Source: Chlamydiota bacterium
GTDB taxonomy: Bacteria; Auribacterota; Tritonobacteria; UBA1439
DNA length: 29,074 bases
NCBI GenBank assembly: GCA_012729785.1
Contig: JAAYCL010000017.1
Span: forward strand, 1 to 29,074
Reading direction: 5' to 3'
In this document: positions 15,873 through 23,443 of the stretch, piece by piece
Layout of the letters: each line of letters starts with the position of its first letter
How positions within the stretch are numbered: the first letter of the stretch is position 1
The notes under the pieces: model-generated
Database searches by the model: none
What the model was told of the DNA's origin: nothing
Seen by the model: the letters and a program-made list of their open reading frames with translations, nothing else
Program-made: the position numbers and the translations under genes

Positions 15873-16847
15873 ATGATGCGTGCGCGATGCGCGGGGGCGA
15901 TCGCCGTCGCGGCGGCGGTGTGCCTCCCCTCCCCCGCCGTGCCGTTCGGCGGCGACGGACACCGGCTCGTGAACCGTCACGCGGTGGACAACCTCCCCGC
16001 CTCGATGCAGGACGACGGCTCGGGGAACGCCTTCGGCGACATGCGCCTTCTCCTCGAGTACCAGGCGACGGCCCCCGACTGGCAGAAGAGCTACGACGGA
16101 AACGAAAACGCCCGGCACTGGTGCGACATCGACTCGCAGCTCGGGGCATACCCGCCGCCGTTCGACACCGTGCCCCGCGACCAGGCCGCCTATCTCTCCG
16201 CCTTCGGCCGGGACAACGGCGTCCTCCAGTGGGAGGGGATCGAGGAGCATTACGGCCGCCTCGTCGGCCTGATGCGGGCGCGGAACTGGCTCGCGGCCTA
16301 CCAGTGCGCCGCCGAGCTCGGGCACTACGTCGCGGACGCTTCGTGCCCGCTCCACTGCACCCGGCATTTCGACGGCTACCGGTACTGGCATCCCCTCTAC
16401 GATCCGCGGAACGTGGGCATCCACAGCCGGTACGAGAGCGAGATGGTGACTCGGCATATCCCCTCCCTCGCGACCGCGCCCGGCTCCGCGGTCTACGTCG
16501 TCGACCGCGTCGAATGCGGCTTCGCCCTCATCGCCGGCGGCTGGAACCTCTTCGACGAGGTGCTCGCCGCGGATCTCGAGGCGCAGGACGAGACGGGCGG
16601 CGATTCGAGCCCCGCCTACTTCCAGGCACTCTACGACCGGGTCGGCACGGACGCGGAGGCGCAGCTCGAGCTCGCCGCGCGGAGGACCTCCGACCTCTGG
16701 TACTCCGCCTGGATCGACGCGGGAAGCCCCTCCTTCTCGCCCGCCGCCATCCGCTTCAGCTTCCAGGCGCTCTCCCCGCCGGCCCCCTCGGGATGGGGCG
16801 TCTCCGCGGAGCACCCGTACGGGCCGTTCGGCGCCTTCGGTTGGTAG
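15873..16847 (+). CDS. Secreted zinc-dependent S1/P1 nuclease / phospholipase C-like family protein
   Basis: The start was taken at MMRARCAGAIAVAAAVCLPSPA, a signal peptide. A His/Asp-rich metal-site pattern is present, including ELGHYVADASCPLHCTRHFDGY, which resembles the H(y)xGDxxQPLH motif of P1/S1 nucleases. HWCDID and GHRLVNRHAV also occur near the mature N-terminus. Confidence 0.6.
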   Translation: MMRARCAGAIAVAAAVCLPSPAVPFGGDGHRLVNRHAVDNLPASMQDDGSGNAFGDMRLLLEYQATAPDWQKSYDGNENARHWCDIDSQLGAYPPPFDTVPRDQAAYLSAFGRDNGVLQWEGIEEHYGRLVGLMRARNWLAAYQCAAELGHYVADASCPLHCTRHFDGYRYWHPLYDPRNVGIHSRYESEMVTRHIPSLATAPGSAVYVVDRVECGFALIAGGWNLFDEVLAADLEAQDETGGDSSPAYFQALYDRVGTDAEAQLELAARRTSDLWYSAWIDAGSPSFSPAAIRFSFQALSPPAPSGWGVSAEHPYGPFGAFGW

Positions 16848-17051
16848 AGGCCGCGGCCCGCCGGGCCCCGTGGAGATCGTTTCCCCCCGAGGCGCGCCGG
16901 CGGTCCTCGGCGGGGCGCTCTTTCGCGGTGGGCGACCGAAACGGCGGGCCCGTCCGGTTCGTCTTCCCCATCCTGTCGTTCGCGGCCGAGCCGGCCGACG
17001 GCCCCTCCACGCGGCGGGGGATGCGGAAGGCGGGCGCGGCTTCGCAGACCG

Positions 17052-18089
17052 CTACGCCTCGGGCGGGGGGCCGCCGATCTGCGTCTTCACGAACCAGTAC
17101 ACCCCCCACCCGAGCGCCGCCGCGGCGGCGATGAGCAGCAGTCTCCTTCCGCGCCCGGCGGCCTTCTCCACGGGGGGGGCGACGGCGGGCGGGGCGGTTG
17201 GCGCGGGCATGGCCGTGGCCGTGGCCGCCGGTTTCGGGGTCGCCTTCGCGAAGGCGCTCGCGAGGAGGGCCTTCGCCCGGGCGTCGCGCTCCTTCTTCTC
17301 CTTCGCCCCCGCGACCACCGCGATGAACCGGTTTCCGCCGCGCGCGGCGGTGGCGACGACCGAGTATCCGCCGAGCCTGAAGTAACCGGTCTTGAGCCCG
17401 TCGCAGCCGGGGAAGACGCCGAGGAGCCGGTTGTGGTTCCGCATCTCGAACGAATCGCCGCGGAACCCGCGGACCTGGGTCGAGGTGTACGCCAGGGCGC
17501 CGGGGCAGGCGGCGACGGCGCGCCCGAGAACGGCGAGGTCGCGCGGGGTGCTCAGATCCGGCTCCTTCCCCTTGTCGGGCGGAAGGCCGTGGACGGACGC
17601 GAAGCGCGTCGACGTCATCCCGAGTTTGTCCGCCTTCTCCTGCATCAGCCGCACGAACCCCTCCGTCGAACCCGCCACGTGCAGGGCGAGGGCGACGGCG
17701 GCGTCGTTCGCCGACTGGACCATCAGGGCGTAGAGGAGCTCCTCCACGGTGAAGGTCTCGTTCTCGGCGAGGTAGACCTGCGAGCCCCCGATGCGGGACG
17801 TCTCCGCCGTCGTCGTGACCGGCTCCTGAAGGTCGAGCGACTTCTCTCCGACCCGCTCCAGGATGATCAGCAGGTCCATCAGCTTCACGATGCTCGCCGG
17901 GTAGCACTCGGCGTCGGCGTTCTCCTCGAAGACCGTCCCGCCCGTCTCCGCGTCCACCACGATCGCCCCGACATACGGCGACCCGGTGCGCGGGGGGATC
18001 TCCGCGCGCGCGGCGGCCGCGGCGGGAGGGCGGAGCGAGGGGAGCAGCAGGACGGCGGACAGCAGGGCGGTGCGACAAAGTCCTTTCAC
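17052..18089 (-). CDS. D-alanyl-D-alanine carboxypeptidase (PBP5/6-like, peptidase S11) with C-terminal membrane anchor
   Basis: The motifs SIVKLM (SxxK), SANDAA (SxN) and KTGY (KTG) are present. There is a signal peptide, and the C-terminal segment RRLLLIAAAAALGWGVYWFV is hydrophobic. The start was chosen at the GTG (V25 of the track ORF) preceded by AAGGAG and followed by the signal peptide. My hand reading of this line is off by 1 relative to the track, so the start is approximate (±1). Confidence 0.85.
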   Translation of the reverse strand: MKGLCRTALLSAVLLLPSLRPPAAAAARAEIPPRTGSPYVGAIVVDAETGGTVFEENADAECYPASIVKLMDLLIILERVGEKSLDLQEPVTTTAETSRIGGSQVYLAENETFTVEELLYALMVQSANDAAVALALHVAGSTEGFVRLMQEKADKLGMTSTRFASVHGLPPDKGKEPDLSTPRDLAVLGRAVAACPGALAYTSTQVRGFRGDSFEMRNHNRLLGVFPGCDGLKTGYFRLGGYSVVATAARGGNRFIAVVAGAKEKKERDARAKALLASAFAKATPKPAATATAMPAPTAPPAVAPPVEKAAGRGRRLLLIAAAAALGWGVYWFVKTQIGGPPPEA

Positions 18090-18147
18090 CGATTTCTCCT
18101 TGTTTCCGGTATCGGGGAAGGGAAGTCTACCAGAACCGCCCCTCCGT

Positions 18148-18798
18148 TCAACGCTTTTCAAAGCCGCGAAGCGGCGCCGGTACCGCGCACGGGCGGTGCG
18201 CCCGCCGCGCCGCGGCCCGCGAGACCCGCCACAGCCACCAGCCGCACGCGCAGAGCGCGCCGGCGGGGTCGATCAGATAGTCCCACAGATTCTCGGCTTC
18301 CAACGCCCCCAGGTCGAACGCCGCGAGCGCGGCGAGCGCGGTGAATGCCGCGCCGCGGCGCCCCGTGCGCCACGCCCAGACGGAGAATGCGAGCACGCAT
18401 GCGGCCGGCAGCAGCGGACGGTAGCCGGTCCGGTAGAGGTCCCACGGCACGGCGCCCGCGGCAGCGGGGTAGAGCGCCAGGGCGGAGACCGCCGCCGCCG
18501 CGGCGAGCGCCGAGAGGTCTCTTCGGGAGAGGAAGGATTTCCCCCCCGCCGCCAGGCACGCCGCCGCGGCGAGGGCGGCCAGGGTAACCACGCTCAGCTC
18601 CCCGACGGCGCCGCGGATATGGGCGTACAGGGGGAGCCCCCCGGCCGGCACGGCGAGGCACGCCGCGCCGGCGGCCGCGAGCAGGAGGCGGGGGAGGCGC
18701 CCCGGTCCGAGGAGCCGCCCGAACGAAGCAGACGCGGCGGCGAGGGCGAGGGCGGGGCCGAGGGCCGCGAGGAGCTGTTCGAGGAGGGGGGGCCGCAT
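18148..18798 (-). CDS. Hypothetical Ala-rich polytopic membrane protein (~216 aa, 5-6 TM)
   Basis: The start MRPPLLEQLL overlaps the sialidase stop (TGATG). The protein is hydrophobic and helix-rich, and it fills the 640-bp gap between the flanking genes. The alternative frames are R/G-rich junk. Confidence 0.5.
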   Translation of the reverse strand: MRPPLLEQLLAALGPALALAAASASFGRLLGPGRLPRLLLAAAGAACLAVPAGGLPLYAHIRGAVGELSVVTLAALAAAACLAAGGKSFLSRRDLSALAAAAAVSALALYPAAAGAVPWDLYRTGYRPLLPAACVLAFSVWAWRTGRRGAAFTALAALAAFDLGALEAENLWDYLIDPAGALCACGWWLWRVSRAAARRAHRPCAVPAPLRGFEKR

Positions 18799-19964
18799 CA
18801 GAGCGCCTCCAGCCATGCGCGGTTGAAGCGGACGTGCCGGATGCGGGCACGGTTCCACGAGTAGACGAGGTGAAAGGTCCCGTCGCTGGCCTCGATCAGG
18901 AACGGGTATGAGAAGCCAAGCGTCTCCTCCCCATCCCCCGCCCGCGCGAACTCGTACACATCCTCCCACGTCTCGCCCCCGTCCCGGGACCGGGCGAGGC
19001 CGAGGTTGTCGCGGTCGTACTCCATGGTGTTGTAGGCGAGCCAGAGCGTCCCGTCCCGCGACCGCACCGCGCTCACCGAGGAGTTCGGATTGGGGAGCCC
19101 CGTCAGGGCGGGCCTCGACCAGCGCCGCCCCCCGTCTGCGGAGCGCGACCGGAGCAGGCGCCGTTCCGGCATTCCGCTCTGGCGCAGAAAGGCCACCGCC
19201 CGGGCGTCGTCCAGCGGCACCACGGACGGCTGCAGCGAGGAGCGGCCCCACGAGATCCGGCGTTCGTCGCGCACGGAGCCGTCCGGTCCCAGGACGAGCA
19301 GCGCCCCGAACTTCCCGATCAGTTCGTGGTACACCGGCAGGCCGATCGAGCCGTCGCGGTACCGCACCGCGCCGCAGCGCACGAGCGTCCCCATGTTGAG
19401 GATCGGACAGGTGACGAGGCGTTGCGCCCTGCTCCACGCGCGCCCGTCGTCGTGCGAGACCTTCACGTTGAGCGCCCCCCCCGACCAGCCGCCGACGGAG
19501 ACGGTGACGTAGAAGAGCCGCAGCCGCCCGTTTTCATCGCGGTGGAGCACGGCGTTGCCGATCTTCCGCACGCTCCGGCCGAGCTCGGCGCCGGTGGCGG
19601 CCGCGTCAGTGATGAAGCAGGGGGAGGACCACCGGCCGGAGCGGCGATCCCACGATGCGGTGTACAGGGCGACATCGGCGGAGCCCTCCTCGACCCCCGC
19701 GTACCAGACCGCCAGCAGATCCCCGCCCCCGAGCTCGACGAGCGCGGGGCAGTGGGCGGTCTGCAACGGCTCCTCCGGGTCGATGAACTCCTCCCGGTAG
19801 AGCGGGCGCCCGGCGGGAGCCGACGGCGGAGCGGACGGCGCGACATCGAACCCGGCGGGGGGCGGGGCGGTGACGGCCTTGAAGAGGGGCGGGAAACCGG
19901 CGAGGCAGAAGAGGACCACGAAGGCGAGACGGGGGGCGGCGCCGCGCAACGCTCGTGCCTTCAT
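18798..19964 (-). CDS. Secreted BNR-repeat glycosyl hydrolase (exo-alpha-sialidase/neuraminidase-like)
   Basis: A signal peptide is present. Three BNR (SxDxGxTW) repeats are present: SHDDGRAWS, SADGGRRWS and SRDGGETWE. The length is ~390 aa. Confidence 0.8.
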   Translation of the reverse strand: MKARALRGAAPRLAFVVLFCLAGFPPLFKAVTAPPPAGFDVAPSAPPSAPAGRPLYREEFIDPEEPLQTAHCPALVELGGGDLLAVWYAGVEEGSADVALYTASWDRRSGRWSSPCFITDAAATGAELGRSVRKIGNAVLHRDENGRLRLFYVTVSVGGWSGGALNVKVSHDDGRAWSRAQRLVTCPILNMGTLVRCGAVRYRDGSIGLPVYHELIGKFGALLVLGPDGSVRDERRISWGRSSLQPSVVPLDDARAVAFLRQSGMPERRLLRSRSADGGRRWSRPALTGLPNPNSSVSAVRSRDGTLWLAYNTMEYDRDNLGLARSRDGGETWEDVYEFARAGDGEETLGFSYPFLIEASDGTFHLVYSWNRARIRHVRFNRAWLEAL

Positions 19965-20033
19965 CGATCCACCTCCCTCCCGCCGCCGCGGCAGTATATC
20001 ACACGCCGGGGCGCCTGTCCGGCCCGGGGCCCC

Positions 20034-21881
20034 CTACCCCTGGAACACGACGCGCATCTCGCACCGATCACAGTCGAACTCGAGCCGGTGCCTCCGCCGC
20101 GCATCCGCGAGGAAGAGCGGGGCGGCCGACGGCGGCCCCTCCCCTCCCCGCCGCGGACAGAGGCCGAGCCGTTTCCGCACGCAGGCGCGGGCGGTGAGGA
20201 CGGTCGTGCCCGCCGGGACGCCCGAGAGCTCGAGCGCATCGGCGACGACGACGGCCCCGTGGCGGGCGTAGAAGCGCCGCGCGAGCCTGTTCGAGACATT
20301 GAGGCGGTGGTCGCGCTCCTCCCCGGGATAGGGGACGCGGTTCGGAACGATCGCGCGGGCCTTGCCCGGGCGCGCGGGCGAACGCGCCTCGTCGAGGCGG
20401 GCGACGAGTTCCCGGCGCATCGCGTTCAAAAACGACGCCTTGAGCAGCAGCGGGCGACTGAGCGCCGCGTCGACGGCGGAGGCCGCGTAGGGGGTCCCCC
20501 CCAGTTTCGAGAAGTGGGCTTGGATGGCGGCGGCCGCCTTGGCGATGCTCCGGGCGGGCACCTTCTCCGCCGCCGCCTCGACGCGCGCCGCGACGCCGCG
20601 CGGGTCCGTCGCCACCGCGGAGAAACCTGCGCGGGTCTCGCGGAACACGACGCGAACGGGGATCCTCCGCGTCGGCGGGGTGCGCGACAAGGCCGCGAGG
20701 AACCCCCGATCGCGGTTGCGGTAGAGCGCGGCGCCGGCGCAGAAGATCCGCGGGTCCCGGGGGTAGATCCGCTCCCCCCGCGCGCGCGTCACGAAGGTGC
20801 CGCGGAGCGCGCCGCGGCGGTCGAAGAGGCAGATGCCGTCGCCGTTGTTCAGCGAGGCGCCCCCGCGCAGGATAAAATGGTCTTTGCGCACGGCCGCCAC
20901 CGTCCCGACCGGTTTCCCTATCGACTTGGGCGTCAGCGGAAAGACGGCGTCCTCCGGGCGCCCTTCGATGCAGTACCCCGTCCGCCCGCGGCTGAAGGTC
21001 CGTTCCGGGTCCGGCTCGAAGGAGAGCGAGACCTCGCCGTCGGAGGCCCGCGCGAGGCCGGGGACGGAGCCGATGACCGCGTCGAGCGCACGGCGGCAGT
21101 AGGCGGTCATGTTCGAGACGTATGCGGCGTCCTTGAGGCGCCCCTCGATCTTGAAGGCGGTGACGCCCGCCTGGACGAGATCGAGCAGGCGCGGAACGAG
21201 GTCGAGGTCCCTGAGCGACAGCGGGTGCCGGTCCCGCTCGAGGATCCGACCGCCGGCATCCTCGACCGAGTAGCGCCCCCGGCACGGCTGCGCGCACTCC
21301 CCCCGGTTGGCGCTCCGGCCGCAGACGGCGAGACTGAACCGGCACTGCCCGCTCACCCCCGCGCAGAGCGCCCCCGCGATGAAACACTCGAGTTCGACCG
21401 CCGTGCGGGCGCGGATCTCCCGGATCTCATCGAGGGTGAGCTCGCGGGCGAGGATGACGCGGCTGAAACCGACCTCCTCGAGAAACCTCGCCTTCCGCCC
21501 GTCGCGGATGTCGGCCTGCGTGCTCGCGAAGAGGGGGATCGGCGGGAGGTCCATCTCCAGGATCCCCATGTCCTGGACGATCAGGGCGTCGGCGCCGGCG
21601 GCGTACAGCTCGTGGATCAGCTCCCGCGCCGCGTCGAGCTCGGCGTCGTAGAGGACGGTGTTCAGCGCCGCGTAGACCCGCGCGTGGAACCGGTGGGCGT
21701 AGTCGGCGAGGCGGCGTATCTCCTCCGTCGGGTTCCCCGCGGCGAGGCGCGCCCCGAACGCCCGGGCCCCGATGTAGACGGAATCGGCCCCCGCGTCGAT
21801 CGCGGCGACCCCGCACGCGAGATCCCGCGCCGGCGCCGAAAGCTCCAGCGCGCGCGCCGCACATCCCTTCCCGGCGGCCAT
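20034..21881 (-). CDS. Peptidase U32 family protein (long RlhA/YdcP-like form)
   Basis: The 615-aa protein has a U32 core with Cys cluster (ECFIAGALCAGVSGQCRFS...CGRSANRGECAQPCR) and a long C-terminal extension. Confidence 0.85.
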   Translation of the reverse strand: MAAGKGCAARALELSAPARDLACGVAAIDAGADSVYIGARAFGARLAAGNPTEEIRRLADYAHRFHARVYAALNTVLYDAELDAARELIHELYAAGADALIVQDMGILEMDLPPIPLFASTQADIRDGRKARFLEEVGFSRVILARELTLDEIREIRARTAVELECFIAGALCAGVSGQCRFSLAVCGRSANRGECAQPCRGRYSVEDAGGRILERDRHPLSLRDLDLVPRLLDLVQAGVTAFKIEGRLKDAAYVSNMTAYCRRALDAVIGSVPGLARASDGEVSLSFEPDPERTFSRGRTGYCIEGRPEDAVFPLTPKSIGKPVGTVAAVRKDHFILRGGASLNNGDGICLFDRRGALRGTFVTRARGERIYPRDPRIFCAGAALYRNRDRGFLAALSRTPPTRRIPVRVVFRETRAGFSAVATDPRGVAARVEAAAEKVPARSIAKAAAAIQAHFSKLGGTPYAASAVDAALSRPLLLKASFLNAMRRELVARLDEARSPARPGKARAIVPNRVPYPGEERDHRLNVSNRLARRFYARHGAVVVADALELSGVPAGTTVLTARACVRKRLGLCPRRGGEGPPSAAPLFLADARRRHRLEFDCDRCEMRVVFQG

Positions 21882-21923
21882 GCGCCCCCCGTTTTCCCCG
21901 TCCCTTGCCCCGCCCCCGAAGGC

Positions 21924-21935
21924 GGAGTATACTCC
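21924..21935. promoter_or_regulatory. Perfect 12-bp palindrome GGAGTATACTCC in the divergent U32/uvdE promoter region (candidate operator and/or bidirectional -10)
   Basis: Read from the sequence. It is 43 bp upstream of the U32 start and 109 bp upstream of the uvdE start. It contains TATACT in both orientations. Confidence 0.4.
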
Positions 21936-22043
21936 ATCCGTTGATAGGTGCGCACGCGTTCATCCACGCGCAGGCGGCGCCGGTCGTGTACCGGCACACG
22001 GAACCCGCCTCTTCGCGACGAGGGGCGGCGCATCGAGGCGGGC

Positions 22044-22925
22044 ATGAGGATCGGCTACCCCTGCGTCAATCTCGGCATCGGCTGCACGAGCGCCCGCACC
22101 TTCCGCCTGCGCTCCTACTCCGCCGCGCTCTTGCAGGAGAAGCTCGCCGGGAACCTCGACTGCCTTCGCGACACGCTCGACTGGAACGCCGCCCGCGGGA
22201 TCCTCTTCTTCCGCATCACCTCGGACCTCGTCCCGTTCGCCTCGCACCCGGTCTGCCGCTTCGACTGGAGGCGCAGGTTCAAACGCGACCTCGCCGGCAT
22301 CGGCGCACGCATCCGGCGGAAACGGATGCGCGTCTCGATGCACCCGGACCAGTTCACGCTCATCAACTCCCCGGACCGCGGCATCTTCCTGCGGAGCGTC
22401 CGGGAGCTTCGCTACCACGCGGAGCTGCTCGACGCGATGGAACTCGGCGCGTCGGCGAAGCTGCAGATCCATGTCGGCGGGGTGTACGGCGACCGCGAGG
22501 CCGCGATGCGATGCTTCGTCTCGAGGTACCGGGAGCTCCCGCCGGCGGTCCGACGGCGGCTCGTCATCGAGAACGACGAGCGATGCTGGCCGCTCGCCGA
22601 CTGCCTCGCGATCCACCGGCACACCGGCGTCCCGGTCGTCTGCGACGTGTTCCACCACCAGATCCTCAACCGGGGGGAGACGGTCGCGGAGGCGCTCCGC
22701 CTCGCCGCGAAAACGTGGGGGAGGCGCGACGGCCCGCCGATCGTCGATTTCAGCGCCCAGGCGCCCGGAAAGCGCCCCGGGACGCACGCCGCGAGCCTCC
22801 CGCCCGCCGCCTTCAAACGCTTCCTCGACGACGCCCGGCCGCTCGACCTCGACCTGATGCTCGAGATCAAGGACAAGGAGCGGAGCGCCCTGCGCGCCCT
22901 CCGCATCGTCTCCGCGCCCCGCTGA
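22044..22925 (+). CDS. uvdE: UV damage endonuclease
   Basis: The start was taken at the internal MRIGYPCVNLGIGCTSARTFRL, the characteristic UvdE N-terminus. It is followed by a TIM-barrel endonuclease-like sequence (HPDQFTLINSP..., LQIHVGG..., IENDE...). Confidence 0.85.
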   Translation: MRIGYPCVNLGIGCTSARTFRLRSYSAALLQEKLAGNLDCLRDTLDWNAARGILFFRITSDLVPFASHPVCRFDWRRRFKRDLAGIGARIRRKRMRVSMHPDQFTLINSPDRGIFLRSVRELRYHAELLDAMELGASAKLQIHVGGVYGDREAAMRCFVSRYRELPPAVRRRLVIENDERCWPLADCLAIHRHTGVPVVCDVFHHQILNRGETVAEALRLAAKTWGRRDGPPIVDFSAQAPGKRPGTHAASLPPAAFKRFLDDARPLDLDLMLEIKDKERSALRALRIVSAPR

Positions 22926-23165
22926 CCCCCGCGACGCGCCGGGCCGTCCGTGACGACTAGTTCGCGGAGCGTTGTGCCTCCGACGGCGCGCTCGAGGCGC
23001 GCCTCGACGGGGCCGATCCCCCCGGCGTCTCCGACGCGGCGTTCGCCGCGGGCGGCATCGCGCTGTATACGGGGGGCGTCCCCGCGACAGTTCCGCGCGC
23101 GCGCCCGCCGAAACGGCGCTCTTCCCGGTGTACGCGTACCGCCGGCGGGAGAAAATCGTTCTGTC

Positions 23166-23432
23166 ACCGGCGGCTGCGTGTACCGAAGCGGCTCCATCCC
23201 GCTTTTGGAGGGTGCCTGCCTGTTCGCGGATTTCCGCACGGCGAGGCTAAGGAGTCTTCGCCGCGCAGGGGGGGCGGGTGCCGGGCTTCGCCGACCGCGC
23301 CGCCGGGCTCTCGTTGGGGCGGCGTGCGCCGCGATCACCCCGGTCACCTCGTTCGGCGGGGACGCGGAGGGCGAGGTGTACCTCTGCGATCTCGAGGGGA
23401 CGATCCTGGAGATCGTTTCGCGCGTGGAATAG
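23166..23432 (+). pseudogene. 3' remnant (last ~90 aa) of a PQQ-dependent soluble sugar dehydrogenase (glucose/sorbosone dehydrogenase family); the N-terminal ~280 aa are absent
   Basis: The frame of track ORF 22950..23432 reads YRSGSIPLLEGACLFADF...SFGGDAEGEVYLCDLEGTILEI. This matches the terminal blade motifs of GSDH-family enzymes (Y.G..FP.L.G..FF.D... PDG.LYV.D..G.I.RI). The upstream part of the ORF is R/P/S-rich junk. Confidence 0.4.
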
Positions 23433-23443
23433 CGGTCGGCCGC

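Noticed and set aside
19326-21944. An 872-aa plus-strand ORF lies opposite the U32 and sialidase genes.
   Set aside because: It is a shadow ORF with an R/G/P/E-rich product. The minus-strand genes carry clear family motifs.
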